From the human T2T-CHM13v2.0 reference genome, Homo sapiens, in NCBI RefSeq assembly GCF_009914755.1, contig NC_060926.1: a DNA stretch of 64,000 bases; one strand, written 5' to 3'. Both the position numbers and the translations under genes were made by a program. Of this stretch, positions 27,391 through 41,989 are shown piece by piece (within the stretch, counting starts at the first letter, position 1; each line of letters opens with the position of its first letter). The notes under the pieces are model-generated. The model saw only the letters and a program-made list of their open reading frames with translations, made no database searches and had not been told where the DNA came from.

Positions 27391-29667
27391 CCTAAGACTA
27401 TTGCTCATTGTCCTGTGCAATTTTGATAAGTTCCACAATGCTGGCAAATTCACCACTATTATTCTCATTATTATCAGCATTAGTAGTAGCAGTAGTATTC
27501 GCAATAGCTAACATCTGTTTAATAATTTGACATTACTAATATTCTTTGACAATCCTGAAAAAATGGGTAATTGAGATAATTTACATTTGTTAACTTGAGA
27601 TAATAATGCATTTCTGAACGAGAACATGGAGCCTCAGGAGGTTCAGTAACTTCTTTAAGGTCACACTGCTAGCAAGTGGCTATCTATCTCTATTTTTATT
27701 AAATTCAAGAGAACCAGAAACCTCCCTGAAGTCTGCTATCTCTAGGTCATTTAAACAGAGAGACACCAACTGGAGGCATCCCAAGTAAGGAGGAGTTTTG
27801 AATCCATGATAACTTTGCAGAGGCTGTTGTTATAGGAAAGGTCAAAACAGATCTGTCTGAAAGCTGTCCCCACCCACTACAGAAGCAAGAAGGCCTCCAG
27901 GCTGAAAAGACACTGGAGGCAATTTAATACAGCTGCCCTTAGCAGGATAGCACTTTGGTATTCTCCTTTAAATATTTATTTTCTAATTTATTGAAAGGTG
28001 ATAGTCACTGCTACATGGGGAAAGGGTGGAGGACGGTGACCCTTGCTGGATGCCTTCTACTTCCCTCCTTGCAAAATAATTTGCTGCACTTTTTCTTTGG
28101 AAAATGAATGATAGCATCAACAGATTCACCCTCCTCAGAAAGGAATTTTAGCAGTCATCAGTCCTCTCACAGGCCCCCTGGGGGTCTCGCATTGTCTGTT
28201 TGCACCTGCAGCCCTTCCCCCAGTGTGGCATGTCCTCATAATCTTTGACAACTTCATGGAATGCCCTCCTGGGAAATCCAATTTTATCCTTTTTGCTGCA
28301 TTTCTGGGTGCATTTTAGCATTTCTTATGGATTAGCACTTCAAGCAGCCATTTCATAAGCTTATTCCCCATCTATCTTGGCATTTATACACAGACATCAA
28401 ATTGTATTAGAATTGAAAATGGAAGGGGGAAGGAGGGAGAGGTGGAGAGTATCTGAGTAATCAATTTGGTTCTCTCCTGCCCTTAGGCTGTGTTGACACA
28501 GCTTAGCTCTCGCCTGCTCCTCCCAGGCAAGCTTATCTGCTGCACACTGAACTCCATTAATCTTCTTGAAAGGCAAATGTGTTCAGGACAATGTTAACAC
28601 TTAGCTCTCCTGAAAAGAAGACAGATTCTATGAGGTACAGAGTCAGGGCTCCAGGGCCTGCACTGGCAGTTCAGACAGGCCTCAGCCAGAAGGATTCCGT
28701 GTGGAAAGAGTGGACAGCAGAGCAATGGGCTTTGTGAACCCAAATACCAGCATCAAACCAGGTCCAACTAAACCAAACCAAACTAAGGGAAACCAAATAT
28801 CAACAGAAAACAAAGCCATCCCAAAGACAACAACGACCGAATAAATGCCTGGCCCATTTTGAGGCAGCATTAGCCAGATTTACCTTTGGGTTTCAAGTGG
28901 ACAAAACAACTAAATGATCATTATTGTTTAAATTTTAACAAGTGATTGGCATTGTGTGAGGAGTCCACACAATAATAGTAAATGACTTAAGAGAAAGAAG
29001 TATTGTGGAGTATGTATTTTTGGCCATAAAGACACCTAAAGCATTTCCCTTTGATCACCATTGCAATATCTGCCTTGTGGAGCTCAGAGCTGCCCTCACA
29101 CAGGCAAGAGGATGATCTACCTGGCCCTGTCCAGGAGGCCCTGCTCCAAGACCTCCCCTGATACCAACCACATAGTCTCTGGGATCCAGTCATTGCACTG
29201 GAAAGAGGAATGAATTGATATCTGTTTTGTGGGCCCCTTTGTGCTGACCCTCCCATGTCATGTCACCACTGTCCCCCTGCCTCCTTATTTTCTTTCAATA
29301 AGGAGATTTGATAGACCATTCTTATCACTCATAGATCTGTAATCCCTGGCTGCATCCATTTGCTAGAAACCCTGAAAGACACAGGGTAATTTTTAATGTT
29401 TCTAGGACAGGAATTTGAATAGCCATACAGCTCTCTCCTGCACCCCAGTATCACAGTATTCATTTATTATATATGAACCGAATCTGGGAGGAGGGGGTTG
29501 CTTCTCAGTAGGGCTTTATTACAAGAGCTATGGAAACAATTTAATGTAACTTCATTGACTTACATTGAGTGATTTTTTTTTAAACCTGCCATATATCTGC
29601 CACAGATATCCAGAACCTATTGTATTGTACGTGTAGCCCCCATCCCCATGCTTGCTTTGGGTAGGAA

Positions 29668-29801
29668 AGTGTCTGGGTAGGAAAGCAGGGGAGACATGTC
29701 ACACTGGGGGCCAATTGGTTCACTTCTAAGGGTAAGTAATAGGAATCCCAATTTTGGCCACTTGATGTATGTCCCCAAACCAGTTTTCCAGGATTATTTA
29801 T
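29668..29801 (+). repeat. Local direct duplication, copy A (partner 31344-31482)
   Basis: Visual alignment, ~135 bp, high identity with few indels. Confidence 0.92.
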
Positions 29802-30048
29802 GGCTCCATGCTTTGCACTTATAGGGTGGCCTCAGAAGGCTTTCCTCCATTAACAATCCCATCAGGTGACTTTGAGAGCCACTTCCATGAGATGGCTGTG
29901 TTGACAACTCAGAGAGTTCCACCACAAAGGCTGACTCAGTCCGAAAAAATGACAGCACATAGATGGAAGGCAACAGGTGAAAAGCAGAGGTCAGACTTTC
30001 CAACGTTGACCACTCTGGCTTTGATTACACCAGGTAGATGTGTGGCAC

Positions 30049-30831
30049 TGAAACGGGAAAGTTCCCTGATGCCCCTCACCAGATGTTTGACAAGGATGTG
30101 GCCCACCCGTTCAGTCGCCCTGCTGCTGAAACCCCTTGTGGGAGGGAGAGCAGGCAGGCAGGTGCAGAGGCTGGGGTGAGTGCTTTGGGCTTCAGCCCCA
30201 TGGTAGTGTCTAGGGATGGGTGCTGCAATCCCACTGTTACAAAGCTCTTTCAGCTTTGCTGTCCACAGAGAGCTTGAGTGTTAACCAGCTCAGTGGACCC
30301 TCTGCCTTTTTACAAGGGCAGAAGGCCAGTGTGACAGCTTTCTGTAGCCCAAGCTCTTGCCCAGTGTCCCAGAAAAATTGGGTCACACACAGTCTTGAAG
30401 GATGAATGTGAGGTTTTATAGAGTGGTGGAGCTGGCTTTCAGTCAGATGGATGGGAACCCAGAAGCTGGGGATGGAATGGGACGATGATCTTCCCCTGGA
30501 GTTGGGCTGCCCAGTGGCTGGACTCCTCTCCAACCACCCCCAGCTGAACTCCTCTCGGTGTTCAGATGTTCCTCCTCTTCCTTCTTTCTCTGCCGCATCG
30601 TTTGGCTGTCCACCTGCTGGTCTGCTGGTTTGCTGGTCTGCTTCTGGAGCCCGGGCTTCGGGGTTTATATGGGTGCATAATAGGGGACATGGCAGGCCAA
30701 AAGCCAACTTTTTGGGCACGAAAACAGGAATGCCTGTCCTCATTTAGTGCCACGGTCTTCAGGCTTGAGGGTGGGGCCTTTGCCGGGAACCACCCTCTTC
30801 TACCCAGTATTTCGGTCTCCTGTCCATATCA
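30049..30831 (-). mobile_element. LTR1-family (HUERS-P2, ERV1) solo LTR
   Basis: Reverse strand starts TGATATGGACAGGAGAC...AATACTGGGTAGAAGAGGG; perfect 4-bp TSD GCAC. Confidence 0.88.
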
Positions 30832-31343
30832 GCACCCTTGTGCAATTGCTCATGGTTAGGCTAGCTACTGCCCTCTTGACTTAGTAAATACCCTACAGCC
30901 ACTGTCCCCATAGACATGGCCTGTAAATACTTTGTGTAAAAGATTTGCCTTTCTCTAATTATATGCCAGATGTTATGAGGGCCCACCAGCCAATGGCTCA
31001 TATACAAAGGAAGCTTTCTCTTTTTCTAACCAAGTGACTGCCTTGGCCCATAGAGAAATGAACTCTTGTCACCTGTTAACACCTTCTTTCTGCTCCTTAC
31101 TAGCTGTCCAAAAAAAAAAAAAAAAATAGATACAGTGTGTATCTAATTGGTGAGGGTGGGCCTGGTTACCATTAGACAGTATTGTCTGTGCTACTAAGTA
31201 AGATTACTTTGCCTCAAAAGCAAAACATTCATTCTCTAGTGTGCTTTCCTGATTTGTGGAGGACTCACTTTACTCTGACAGTGTCTACATGTTAAGTGAA
31301 CAAGCCAGGAAATCCTCCCTCTTTCTGTTTTTGCTTTTCCACC

Positions 31344-31482
31344 AGTGTCTGGGTAAGAAAGTGGGGTAGACATGTCATACTGGGGGCCAATTAGTTCAGT
31401 TCTAAGGGTAAGTAATTAGGAATCCCAATTTTGACCTCCCATTTGATGTATGTCCCCAAATCAGTTTTCCAGGAAGATTTAT
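31344..31482 (+). repeat. Local direct duplication, copy B (partner 29668-29801)
   Basis: Visual alignment. Confidence 0.92.
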
Positions 31483-33451
31483 CATCTGGATAACAAAGCT
31501 GGTGTTTTCATCCCATTTGACTCAAGTATTTCTGTGTATATTTGATTGGCAAAAACCCTGGAAGGAAAGAAGATGCCTTCAACCTAATCTTTACCAATGA
31601 CATTAGTAACATCACTCTGACTGACTTCACACCTGCTGCTGATGCTACAGCGCAGCCTCTTCTCAGAGCAATCCCACGTAGTATCCTGTGAGACATAGGT
31701 GGTGTTTCACTTGTGCTCAGAAACCAGTCCCTTTCTGCTTCAGTCTCCTCATGGCAAAGTGTTGCCCACAAGTCTTTCAAGGGAGGAGTTTCCCCGTATC
31801 TGCTGCTGCAGGTGCCTCCCCTGATCCTCTGCGAGGCCACTGTGGTTCTCTCTTCCTTACACTGCTGTTGGTTCTTGCACAGAAATGGGAAGTTTGTCCT
31901 TATGTTTATTCCGGGTAAACTTGGCATCTGGTTTCCAAGGATCACTCCTTATGGTCCAGATTTCATTATGGAAGATGCTTCACATCAAAAGCATCTTTAA
32001 TTTCTGCTGAAATCCTCTCCTATATCTGGTCAATCTCATCTTTTAGATTCTTAGGAGATTAGCATCTAACAGATTCTAGACTATTACCTTTATTTCCCAT
32101 TCCCCTTCTGCGGCTATTGAAAGAGATCTTCCTGCAAATTGAGCCCTATTTGTAATTAATCCCCTAATCATGATAACCCCGAATCTCTGTTTCAGTTCAC
32201 CAGATCTATCATGGCCACAGATTTGATTTGTATAAATTTGGTCGCTGTATTAAATAGGATTAGGCCAAGTATGCTGTAGTTATAAACAACCCCAAACCAC
32301 AGTTCCCATAACAACTAATTCTGGCAGAAATAGAGAAAGAAGAATTAGGAGAGCTAGAAGCTCACAAAATTGTAGAACCTCTTCTTGATCATTCAGAGGG
32401 GAATTTTCAGGCATTTTTTACTAGAGTTCAGATTAGGATAAATAGATACTTGTACCATTGGAATAACATTCAAAACATACTGGGATCACAGAGATACAGA
32501 GACACCATAGATTCAAGAAAATTTACATTTAGCTTATGTATGTATTTATATGCTATCTGATGCTCAGAAGAACTTGAGGTAGCTTACAGCACAAATATAA
32601 ACAAACAATAAAATAAAGACCAAATAAGAACAAAGACAAATAGAAAAGTAGAAAATCTAGACCATGACAAAGAAGAAGACTGATGTATAAATATAATAAA
32701 AGAGTTCAAATTTACTCCTGGGTTTCTTGGCATTACAAAGCAAAAGTGACACAATTATTATTAAGTAAACAAATAAAAAAGACAGCTTCAGAATGCCCAT
32801 TCTTTCAGCTAAGCAAACTTGAACGAAACATAGAATTTAGAATCTCCCTTGTCAGCCAAGCTTTTGTTAGATTTTGAATAGCAAACAGTTCAAAGTTGCA
32901 TTCATTGGTGAATAGTTGGTGTTTGCAAAAGTTTTTGAGAGCAGACCTATAAGCTCCAAATCCTGATAGAAAGATAAAGTTGAGTAGCTTCCCCCAGGTC
33001 TTCTGCCTGCCATCTGCAAACCAGAGGTTTCTATACTAGGGACTTTGGGACAGATTCCAGCACAGAAAAGGTCTCAACTGATTTACCAAGTGCTTCTTAG
33101 GAAGCTTTTGCACAAGATTATTTAGAATTGAAAAATATTCCAACCAGTTGCTCAACCTGTCTGCTAAAAGAAAAAACATAATGAAAGCTTTAATAATACT
33201 ACTGTTTAATGATCGATGCGGGGTGTCCCAGTTCCTAGGGAATCTATCAGGTTGAAATAGTGCCAAAATATACTCCCTCAAATCTCAAAATTAACTAATT
33301 TACTCTTCACTTGAAAGTAAGTTGACAGAAGCGAGTGGAAACTTGGAACTTGTAGCCAATTATGATCATTTCGGTTTTGAACTTGTTTTCCATATTAACT
33401 GAGGGCTAGATCTAACTGTTGAGGTCACCTCTGATTTGTAAAAATTAAACA

Positions 33452-33633
33452 ATATTATCAATGTATACAATGTAGCAATGTATACCTTCTTTTCTTTATT
33501 GCATCATCTGCAACGTGTTCATCTAAGGATGGTTTTACTTAGTAAAGTTATAAGCTAAAAATAAGACAGACCAGAATACAATCTCAAAAGTATTCTATAA
33601 TTTGTCAGATAGTTTTACTCAACGCTCATTTTT
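33452..33633 (+). repeat. Local direct duplication, copy A (partner 34832-35009)
   Basis: Shared 'ttatcaatgtatacaat...taccttcttttctttattgcatca...caaaagtattctataattt'. Confidence 0.92.
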
Positions 33634-33693
33634 CTGAAGTATCAAGGTGCAGGGATGCAGACTCAATATGGAAAAACACTACATAAGAGTTTA

Positions 33694-34154
<461 letters not shown>

Positions 34155-34831
34155 TCAACCAATCAGAACATTTTTCAAAAAATTATGGTTTCACCTTTTG
34201 GGTAGGATGTAATAGATTATTGTTCCCACAGCCACAGTCAGACAAGCCCATACAAATTACTCAAAAAAGTCACAATTTTGAAGAATCAGAGATCTTTGGA
34301 GGCAATGAGAACTGGAAAAATTAAAGCTATAGAAAGAAAACCATTTCAAGGTGATCTGATGAACATGTCATTTTTTTTTTTCCAGTTGGGAGCATTTGAC
34401 AATTTTAGATGTGGGATGAAAATTGCCTTATCTAAGACATAGGGCACCTGCAGAAGTAAAGAGAAACAGGTAAAGCTTTTGGCAGTCACACAGACTTAAA
34501 GTTACCCATTAGAAAACTTACAAGACTTCAAAGGCATGGCCATATGGGACACTTACCTAGTTTTGGGTGTGTAAGAAAGCCGAACGAACTAGATAGAAAT
34601 CTTTAAAGCATAAAATTTTACACATGGTGCTAAGAAAAACCCATAAGAGCAGGGTTCTACCTCAAGACATTTCCCAAATTTAGAATTTGCGTGGAAAGTA
34701 AGGCTAAAGAGCTAAACTGAAAGTCTGTGAAGGTAAGGACTGAATCTCCCACCATTTTCAGGACTAATGCTCTCAATCACACACTTAAGAGCCATACCTG
34801 GCAAACAGAAGAAAATCAAAGGAATGAAATC

Positions 34832-35009
34832 ATGTTATCAATGTATACAATCATGTTACCTTCTTTTCTTTATTGCATCAGCATCTGTAACTTGTTCACC
34901 TAAGGATGGTTTTATAAGCTAAAAATAAGAGAGCCCTCATGCAATCTAGTTTAGAACCTTCAAAAGTATTCTATAATTTTTCAGATAGTTTTACCCAACC
35001 CTTATTTTT
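34832..35009 (+). repeat. Local direct duplication, copy B (partner 33452-33633)
   Basis: Visual alignment. Confidence 0.92.
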
Positions 35010-36178
35010 ATGGTAGAACTGGGTTTTACAACTGAAACCCAGGCCAGGTTTAGTTCAATTCCTGATTATATTGAAGTAATTAATGACTGACCCTTTCCCT
35101 TTCTGCCTAACAGAACAAAGGGGACCACTCTTGGTATAGAAGTTCATCTCGTCGGGAGCATCTGTGGTTCTTTTATAAGCAATGTACATTCTACAATAGA
35201 GGCAGACCCAGAAATAATTCAGATATTGGAGTTAGAAGATCAGGATTCTAAAGTAAGTACAATTAATATTTTCAAGAAAACAAAGGAAAAAGTGGACAGA
35301 AGAGATTAAAGTATGGATAAATTTAGTTAGCAATTTGAATATTTTTAAAAACAGCATTAAACATATATTCTGGAAAGAAAATGTACAATGTTTGAAATTA
35401 GGAACTCATTAAATGGACTTACTTAGCAACAGTTAAGGTGTTTTTGATCCAAGTATTTTGCTGTCTCCAAACTGAGGTACAGAGAGGGGAAGAAAGTAAA
35501 AAGGAACAAAAAGCTGTAAGAGGCATGCAGAACATGTCAAAAAGCCTAATGTATATATGATTGGCATTTTAGAAAAAGCAGAAAGAGGAAATGGCCTAGA
35601 AGCAATATTGGAAGACATAATGACTAAGAATTTTCAAAAGCTGGTGATGATCACATAGATTTACAAAGCTTAATGAAACTCAAGCAAGATAAATACAAAC
35701 CAAAGCGTATCCAAGCACATGATGGCCAAACAGCTGAAAAAACAGGAGCAGAGAGAGCGTCTCAATAGCATCCAGAGAAAAAAAGACAAGTATTCTCAAA
35801 ACAGCAACAATAAGAATTATAACTGACTTCTCAATAGAAATGATGGAAGCCAGGAGAAAATGGAACAAGGAGACAGAGGACATAGTTAAAGTACTGAAAG
35901 AAGGAAATACCAAACATAATTCTATACCCAGGGAAAAGACACTTTAAACTGAAAGAAAAATATTTTTCAGGAAAAGAAATAGTAGAATTTGTCATGACCA
36001 AGCATGCTCTACAGGAAAGACCAAAAAACGTTCTTTAGAAAAAAAAAAAATCATTCCAGAAGAGAACATGAAAATGCAGGAAAGAATAAAAAACACTGGA
36101 AAAGATAACTATGTGGGCAAATATAAATTAATATTGATTCTTCAAAACAATAATTGCAATATTTTGTCATTTCAAATA

Positions 36179-36923
<745 letters not shown>

Positions 36924-38514
36924 TATATGTAAAACTAAAACTGATGATAAATGTAATGCATTGCAAAGGGAAGTAAGTAGAATTAAAAGGTTCTAGCACT
37001 GTGGAGAAAGTGGTAAAAGTGATAGTCTGTTTTGACCATAATAAATCAAGGCTACATGTCATAATCTCCCTGATAATCACTAAAATATAGTTTAAAAAAT
37101 ATTCATAGAAGAAAAAATGGAATAATAAAAATATGTTATTAATCCATTATAAGTCAAAAAAGGATTAAAAAAAGATAGAGGAAAACAGGTGAGCCAAAGA
37201 GCAAACAAATAATAGAAGGTCAGATATATACATGATTGCAATGTGATACATGATTATATTAGTAATTACATTAAATGTTGGCTATATTCTCCAAGTAAAA
37301 GATTAAGATTGTCAGACTAGATAACACAGTATGGATTTGCAAGTTGTTTATTTTTAGCTACAAGAACTACAAGGAATGATATTGTTGAGTCCCAACCTTA
37401 GAAGGTCTAAGTTCTATCATATTTGACTTAGCTGATCTAGAATTACAAAGTTGGGAGGTGAACTATAACTATTCAAGTCCAGGAAAATGATATTGATCTA
37501 AGTCAGATTTAGTAAATATGTAAAAGTTCTGAGATGCCTGATTATATCTAGTTTGTATTGCTTTAAAATTTAATCTAATATATTATAATGTTTTATAAAA
37601 AGAGGAATTGATTAAGAATTCAAAACTTTTAGGTAAATCGTGCTATCTTCTGGGAAATTAGACTCAATGCATGTTTATTAAAGGAAGGTATGTCCATATC
37701 AGTCCCCCAAAATGAAAAACTGCAGTGAGAAAAGCATTTTCTCTCTCCCTCCGTGTCTAGGAAGACTTGAGAGTAAGGATGAAGCCACTGAGTGCCTCAC
37801 TGGCTGTCTGGTCGGAAACCTCTGCAGCCAGGGACAAAATCCTCTCAAGACATTCCTTTAATTATGACTTTAAATGAGAGGCTGGAGAATGAAGGCTACA
37901 AACATTGTTGGGTGTTAAACTCAACGAAAAGCCCAGTTTCTGTCTCAGAGAAAACTAAACAATTGTGTCATGTCTCATTCAATAGCCTCTAGGTAGTAAA
38001 ATGACTAGGGTAGAGAATGTGAGGGAAGAAGCCTACCCCTTCTAAAAATGTTCAGAATCTTGATGAATATGAGCCTAAGGAATTAAATAGGACTGAAAAG
38101 GGCATTTCTTTTCCCCCTGGCAGCTCCTCAACACTAGAGTTCCACAAAAAGTCACAAAGGAGCTGTTTTTCTGAGTTTGTCAGGTGTGGCTCCTTACATG
38201 GAAATGATTGTGTCAGTAAGACTGGATTATTCTGGTTTCAATGGCTGCATTTGTTATCTGAAATCTGAGCATTGCATCACATGAAAATTATTTTATTGTA
38301 TGCTAATTTATTGAAACTCAGTAATCCCCGTAACATAAAAACCATATGGTTTTGTCTTTATTTGGTTATTCAGGGAACACACCAAAATCTTGCAATGCCT
38401 CACAGATGTCATTCTGAACAATAGTTATCAAACAGCACCAAGAAGGAAAATATGATTAGTTAGGCTTTCAAAACCTCCAGATTAATGAACTCTGGACAAG
38501 CACGGATTAATCAA

Positions 38515-38740
38515 AGTTCATTCAAATGTTACTGAGTATCTATATATGCCATATATATTTACCTCTATTATTTCTTTTAAACCTTATAGCCTTTAGGTAC
38601 ATTCTGTTATTCCTGTTTTACCAAAGAGGTAATTGAAATTCTAAGAGGTTACACTATCTCTTTGAGGCCACAGAGCTAGTAATAAGGGTTTGGACCAGGA
38701 CTTCTGAATCTAAGTCTAATATTCTTTCTACCACTCCTCT
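38515..38740 (-). mobile_element. MIR/L2 fragment
   Basis: 'ttactgagtatcta...gttttaccaaagagg...ggccacagagctagtaa'. Confidence 0.55.
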
Positions 38741-39000
38741 TGTTTGTCCACAATCTTTATATTTGTCATCACTGATAACCATAAATAATAGCAATGATAA
38801 TCCAGAGAGTGGTACTTCTACACGTCTTTCTAATCTCTGCCACGTGATTTCATTCTATAAATGGATTCCTCTGAAATTCTTGAAAAATAAAATCTGAAAT
38901 GCCAAAATGAGCTTACAAGATGTAAACTCATTACAACACTGTAATGAGTTTACAAGATAATAGTAATAATGATAAAGTTGGGTGAAGATGGGGCTTTGAA

Positions 39001-39312
39001 TGCCGAGCGCGGTGGTGGCTCATGCCTATAATCCCAGCAATTTGAGAGCCTGAGGCGGGTGGATCACATGAGGTCGGGAGTTCAAGACCAGCCTAAACAA
39101 CATGGAGAAAACCCGTCTCTACTAAAAACACAAAAACTTAGCCAGGCATGGTGGCATATGCCTGTAATCTCAGCTACTCAGGAGGCTGAGGCAGGAGAAT
39201 TGTTGAACCTGGGAGGTGGAGGTTGCGGTGAGTCAAGATCGCACCATTGCACTCCAGCCTGGGCAACAAAAAAGTGAAATTCTGTCTCAAAAAAAAAAAA
39301 GAAAAAAAAAAA
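39001..39312 (+). mobile_element. AluSp-like
   Basis: 'ggtcgggagtt', 'atggagaaa', 'gcggtgag', 'ccattgcac'; TSD aagatggggctt(t)gaa. Confidence 0.93.
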
Positions 39313-41429
39313 AAGATGGGGCTTGAATTTAGGCATTCATACGTCAAGAAAGGCTGCATTAGTTTTCTTGGTTCTTTCTAAATTTCAACGACCAGAAATT
39401 TATTTAGGGGGCAAGGCCAGGAAGTACACAAATGTGTTTTGGCCTATGGGGGAGTGTGGGTGATGATCATGTGACTTCACTCGTGTGTAGGTGTGAGTGT
39501 GAGTCTCTGGATATTTAACAAGATGATCAATTTAGACCCACATGCCCAAGGGCAGATGGTCCTGATGGCTAAGGAAAAAGGCAACTGGAAAAAATTGGAA
39601 CTGCTGAAGGAAAGATGGCTCAAGGCTCAGCGCTTCCTGTAAAGTGGCAAGTGAATTTAGCATTCGTGAAAATTTCCAGTGCTGTTTGGCATCCAGAGGG
39701 ACCCAGGGAGTGCATTCTGCTTGCCTGTGCCACCTCCTTGCTCTGGCTGGGGCATAAATTGCCCTCTGACTCTGGCCTGGCACAGCACTGCCTCATGTTG
39801 AGGTCCATGCCCCTTTGTCCTCATCTGCTCTGCTCAGAGGTGCTCCTAAGGGTGCCTGCCAACTATGCTGCCAGGAAATGTGGGCACTGAGCAGAGCTGG
39901 TTCAGAAAGACGGGGAAAGCAGAAAGCAGAGAAAGAGCCCATGCCCTTGAGGGCAGAGAGCAAGGGAAGAGCATGGGCAGGATGGAGTTGATAGATGGGA
40001 GCCCAGCAAAGGTACCACGCCCTCCTTCTCACCTCCTCAAGCCACTGGCAACATCCATATTGGGTACTGGTCTTTTCTGGGTTTTCCTCAACTCTATCTA
40101 ATCACATAACTAACTCAAAGGTTCTCAGGGACCAACTAATTCAATCTTATTTAATTGAAGAGAAAAACAGAGAAGTGAGATTCCTGTGGTCATCCTGAAT
40201 TAGCCAAGGCCTGGGAATCAGGATGTGAGAGTCTAGTCCTTCCATATGCCAGTAGTTTTGCTGCATTATTCTGACTAGGCTGAACTGTTTTGCCAAGAAC
40301 ATCCCAACTCCTAGCTACTCACTGTCCCTTACACCCTCTCTACTTATTCTTAATTCTGTTTAGTTCCTGAGTCCAAGCCTCACTCAGTTTACCCCTTCCT
40401 TCCACAAACATTGTCCTTGAGCACCTTGATGGGACAGGCACACAGTGAACCAAGTCCCTGCCCACCTTCTAGTAGTGGAATTTATGTTCTCCTAGAGCCA
40501 GCATGTCAGAGGGTTTCTTCAACATCTAACTCCATTCGTTCACTTACTTTATAGTTTCTGAAAACCATCTGCATTTTTTACTTTTTAACCTGAACACTTT
40601 AATTTCCTTCTCTTCCCATTCAAATCTCCCAAAACTAAATGATTTAAATATTATTTGAAATAACAATTCTATTCACTCTGATAAGACTTTGAGTGCTTTG
40701 GTGAAAACCCCACAATGACCTCAGGCCTTATGAGCATGTCTAAGGAAAGGAGGTTACTGCCTTTTCCCAGTTTTTAAGCCCAAAACAGCAGGGGTGGGGG
40801 GTACATGTTGAACCAGCTGTATGAGAAGCAAGTATGAATGGAACATGTACACGCAGGACAGAAAATGTGTAATGGTTGGGCTGGGTGGCTGTGGCCAGCT
40901 TCTAGAGACATTCCCACTGACAGCTAGATATGCAGAAATCAGGCTGAGGTCCACAGATGGACAGAACCACCAGGGAAGGAAGCACAGCCCCAAAAGGCAT
41001 ACACCAAGGCTCGTTCTGGCAAATGAGAACTCATGAGGCACCCAGGCTGCTTTCCACAAATCTCAAGCAGTGGAATATGTGTGTTCATTTGTTCTACTTA
41101 ATAGTGGGTTATCTAAATCTGTTGTCTCTTTCCTTCTTTTAAAAATTATTTGTTTTGTGTTCTTTTCTTCTCAGAAAACCAAAAGATCCTGCCTTACTAT
41201 GCACCTATGGCCCTTCAAAGGCGAGAGTAGAATCTGCTATGATTTAGAAGCAAGCAATAAAAAGTACACATCAGGTGAGTGGATGCTAGCTAAGACCTTG
41301 GGCTTTGGGGTCAGACAGGCCTGGGTTTAAATCCTGGCCCTGTCATTCTGGGGAAACATGTTTCTGCTTTCTCCTATATGAAATAGAGGCAGTGGGTATC
41401 CTGAACATGTCACCTTTACTTGTCCAGCT

Positions 41430-41975
41430 TGTCAGTTAGGGTTTGGTTAGGGAAACAGAGCTGCTGTAAACATTATGGGAATAAGGGATTTTATTCAGAA
41501 TTGGAGCCTGCACAGATGTAGAAGGAGGCATGAAGAGGGTATTGGAGGATTGCCCACTATGCAGTCTGCATCCTGAGTCTGTGGTGAGGCTGGACACGTT
41601 CAAGCTTACAGGAGAATTGGAGAAAGCAAGCAACACAGCGGTGGAAGTGAGACCACTGAAGGTAAGCTTGGGAGGGGGTCCCGACACCACCACATCAGTG
41701 GATCCACAGCTAAGTGATTGGTGGTGGCCTGGGGTTCTGCTGTTTAGCAGGGACAAGAGTGGAGGAGACAAACTGGACTCGGAACAAACTGGGAGCCTCT
41801 GCATCCATCCGTAACTGTCTGGCCGTGACAGTGGTTAGAGAGGAGTGGCTTCTGTGAAACTCTCACAATCTCAAATCTCCCACAAGTGCCTCTTTCAGCT
41901 AACTCTAAACTGGTACCATAGAGGAAATGGATTCTGAAAACTTGGTCTCCAACCTTAGACAAATTGAATAATTAA
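41430..41975 (-). mobile_element. Old ERVL-class LTR (LTR41/LTR50/MLT2F-like), within a MIR at 41280-41425 and 42496-42570
   Basis: 'tgtcagttagggtttggttagggaaacagagc...ggaataagggatttt'; subfamily uncertain. Confidence 0.55.
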
Positions 41976-41989
41976 TATGTCCTCTCCTG

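Noticed and set aside
30237-30743. 168-aa ORF, and the 153-aa ORF at 54524-54985
   Set aside because: Lie wholly or largely in GC-rich LTR1 sequence, with no retroviral or cellular protein motifs.
31508-32000. Overlapping 145/95/76-aa ORFs in unique DNA
   Set aside because: No recognisable domain, and both strands are open in a way expected by chance.
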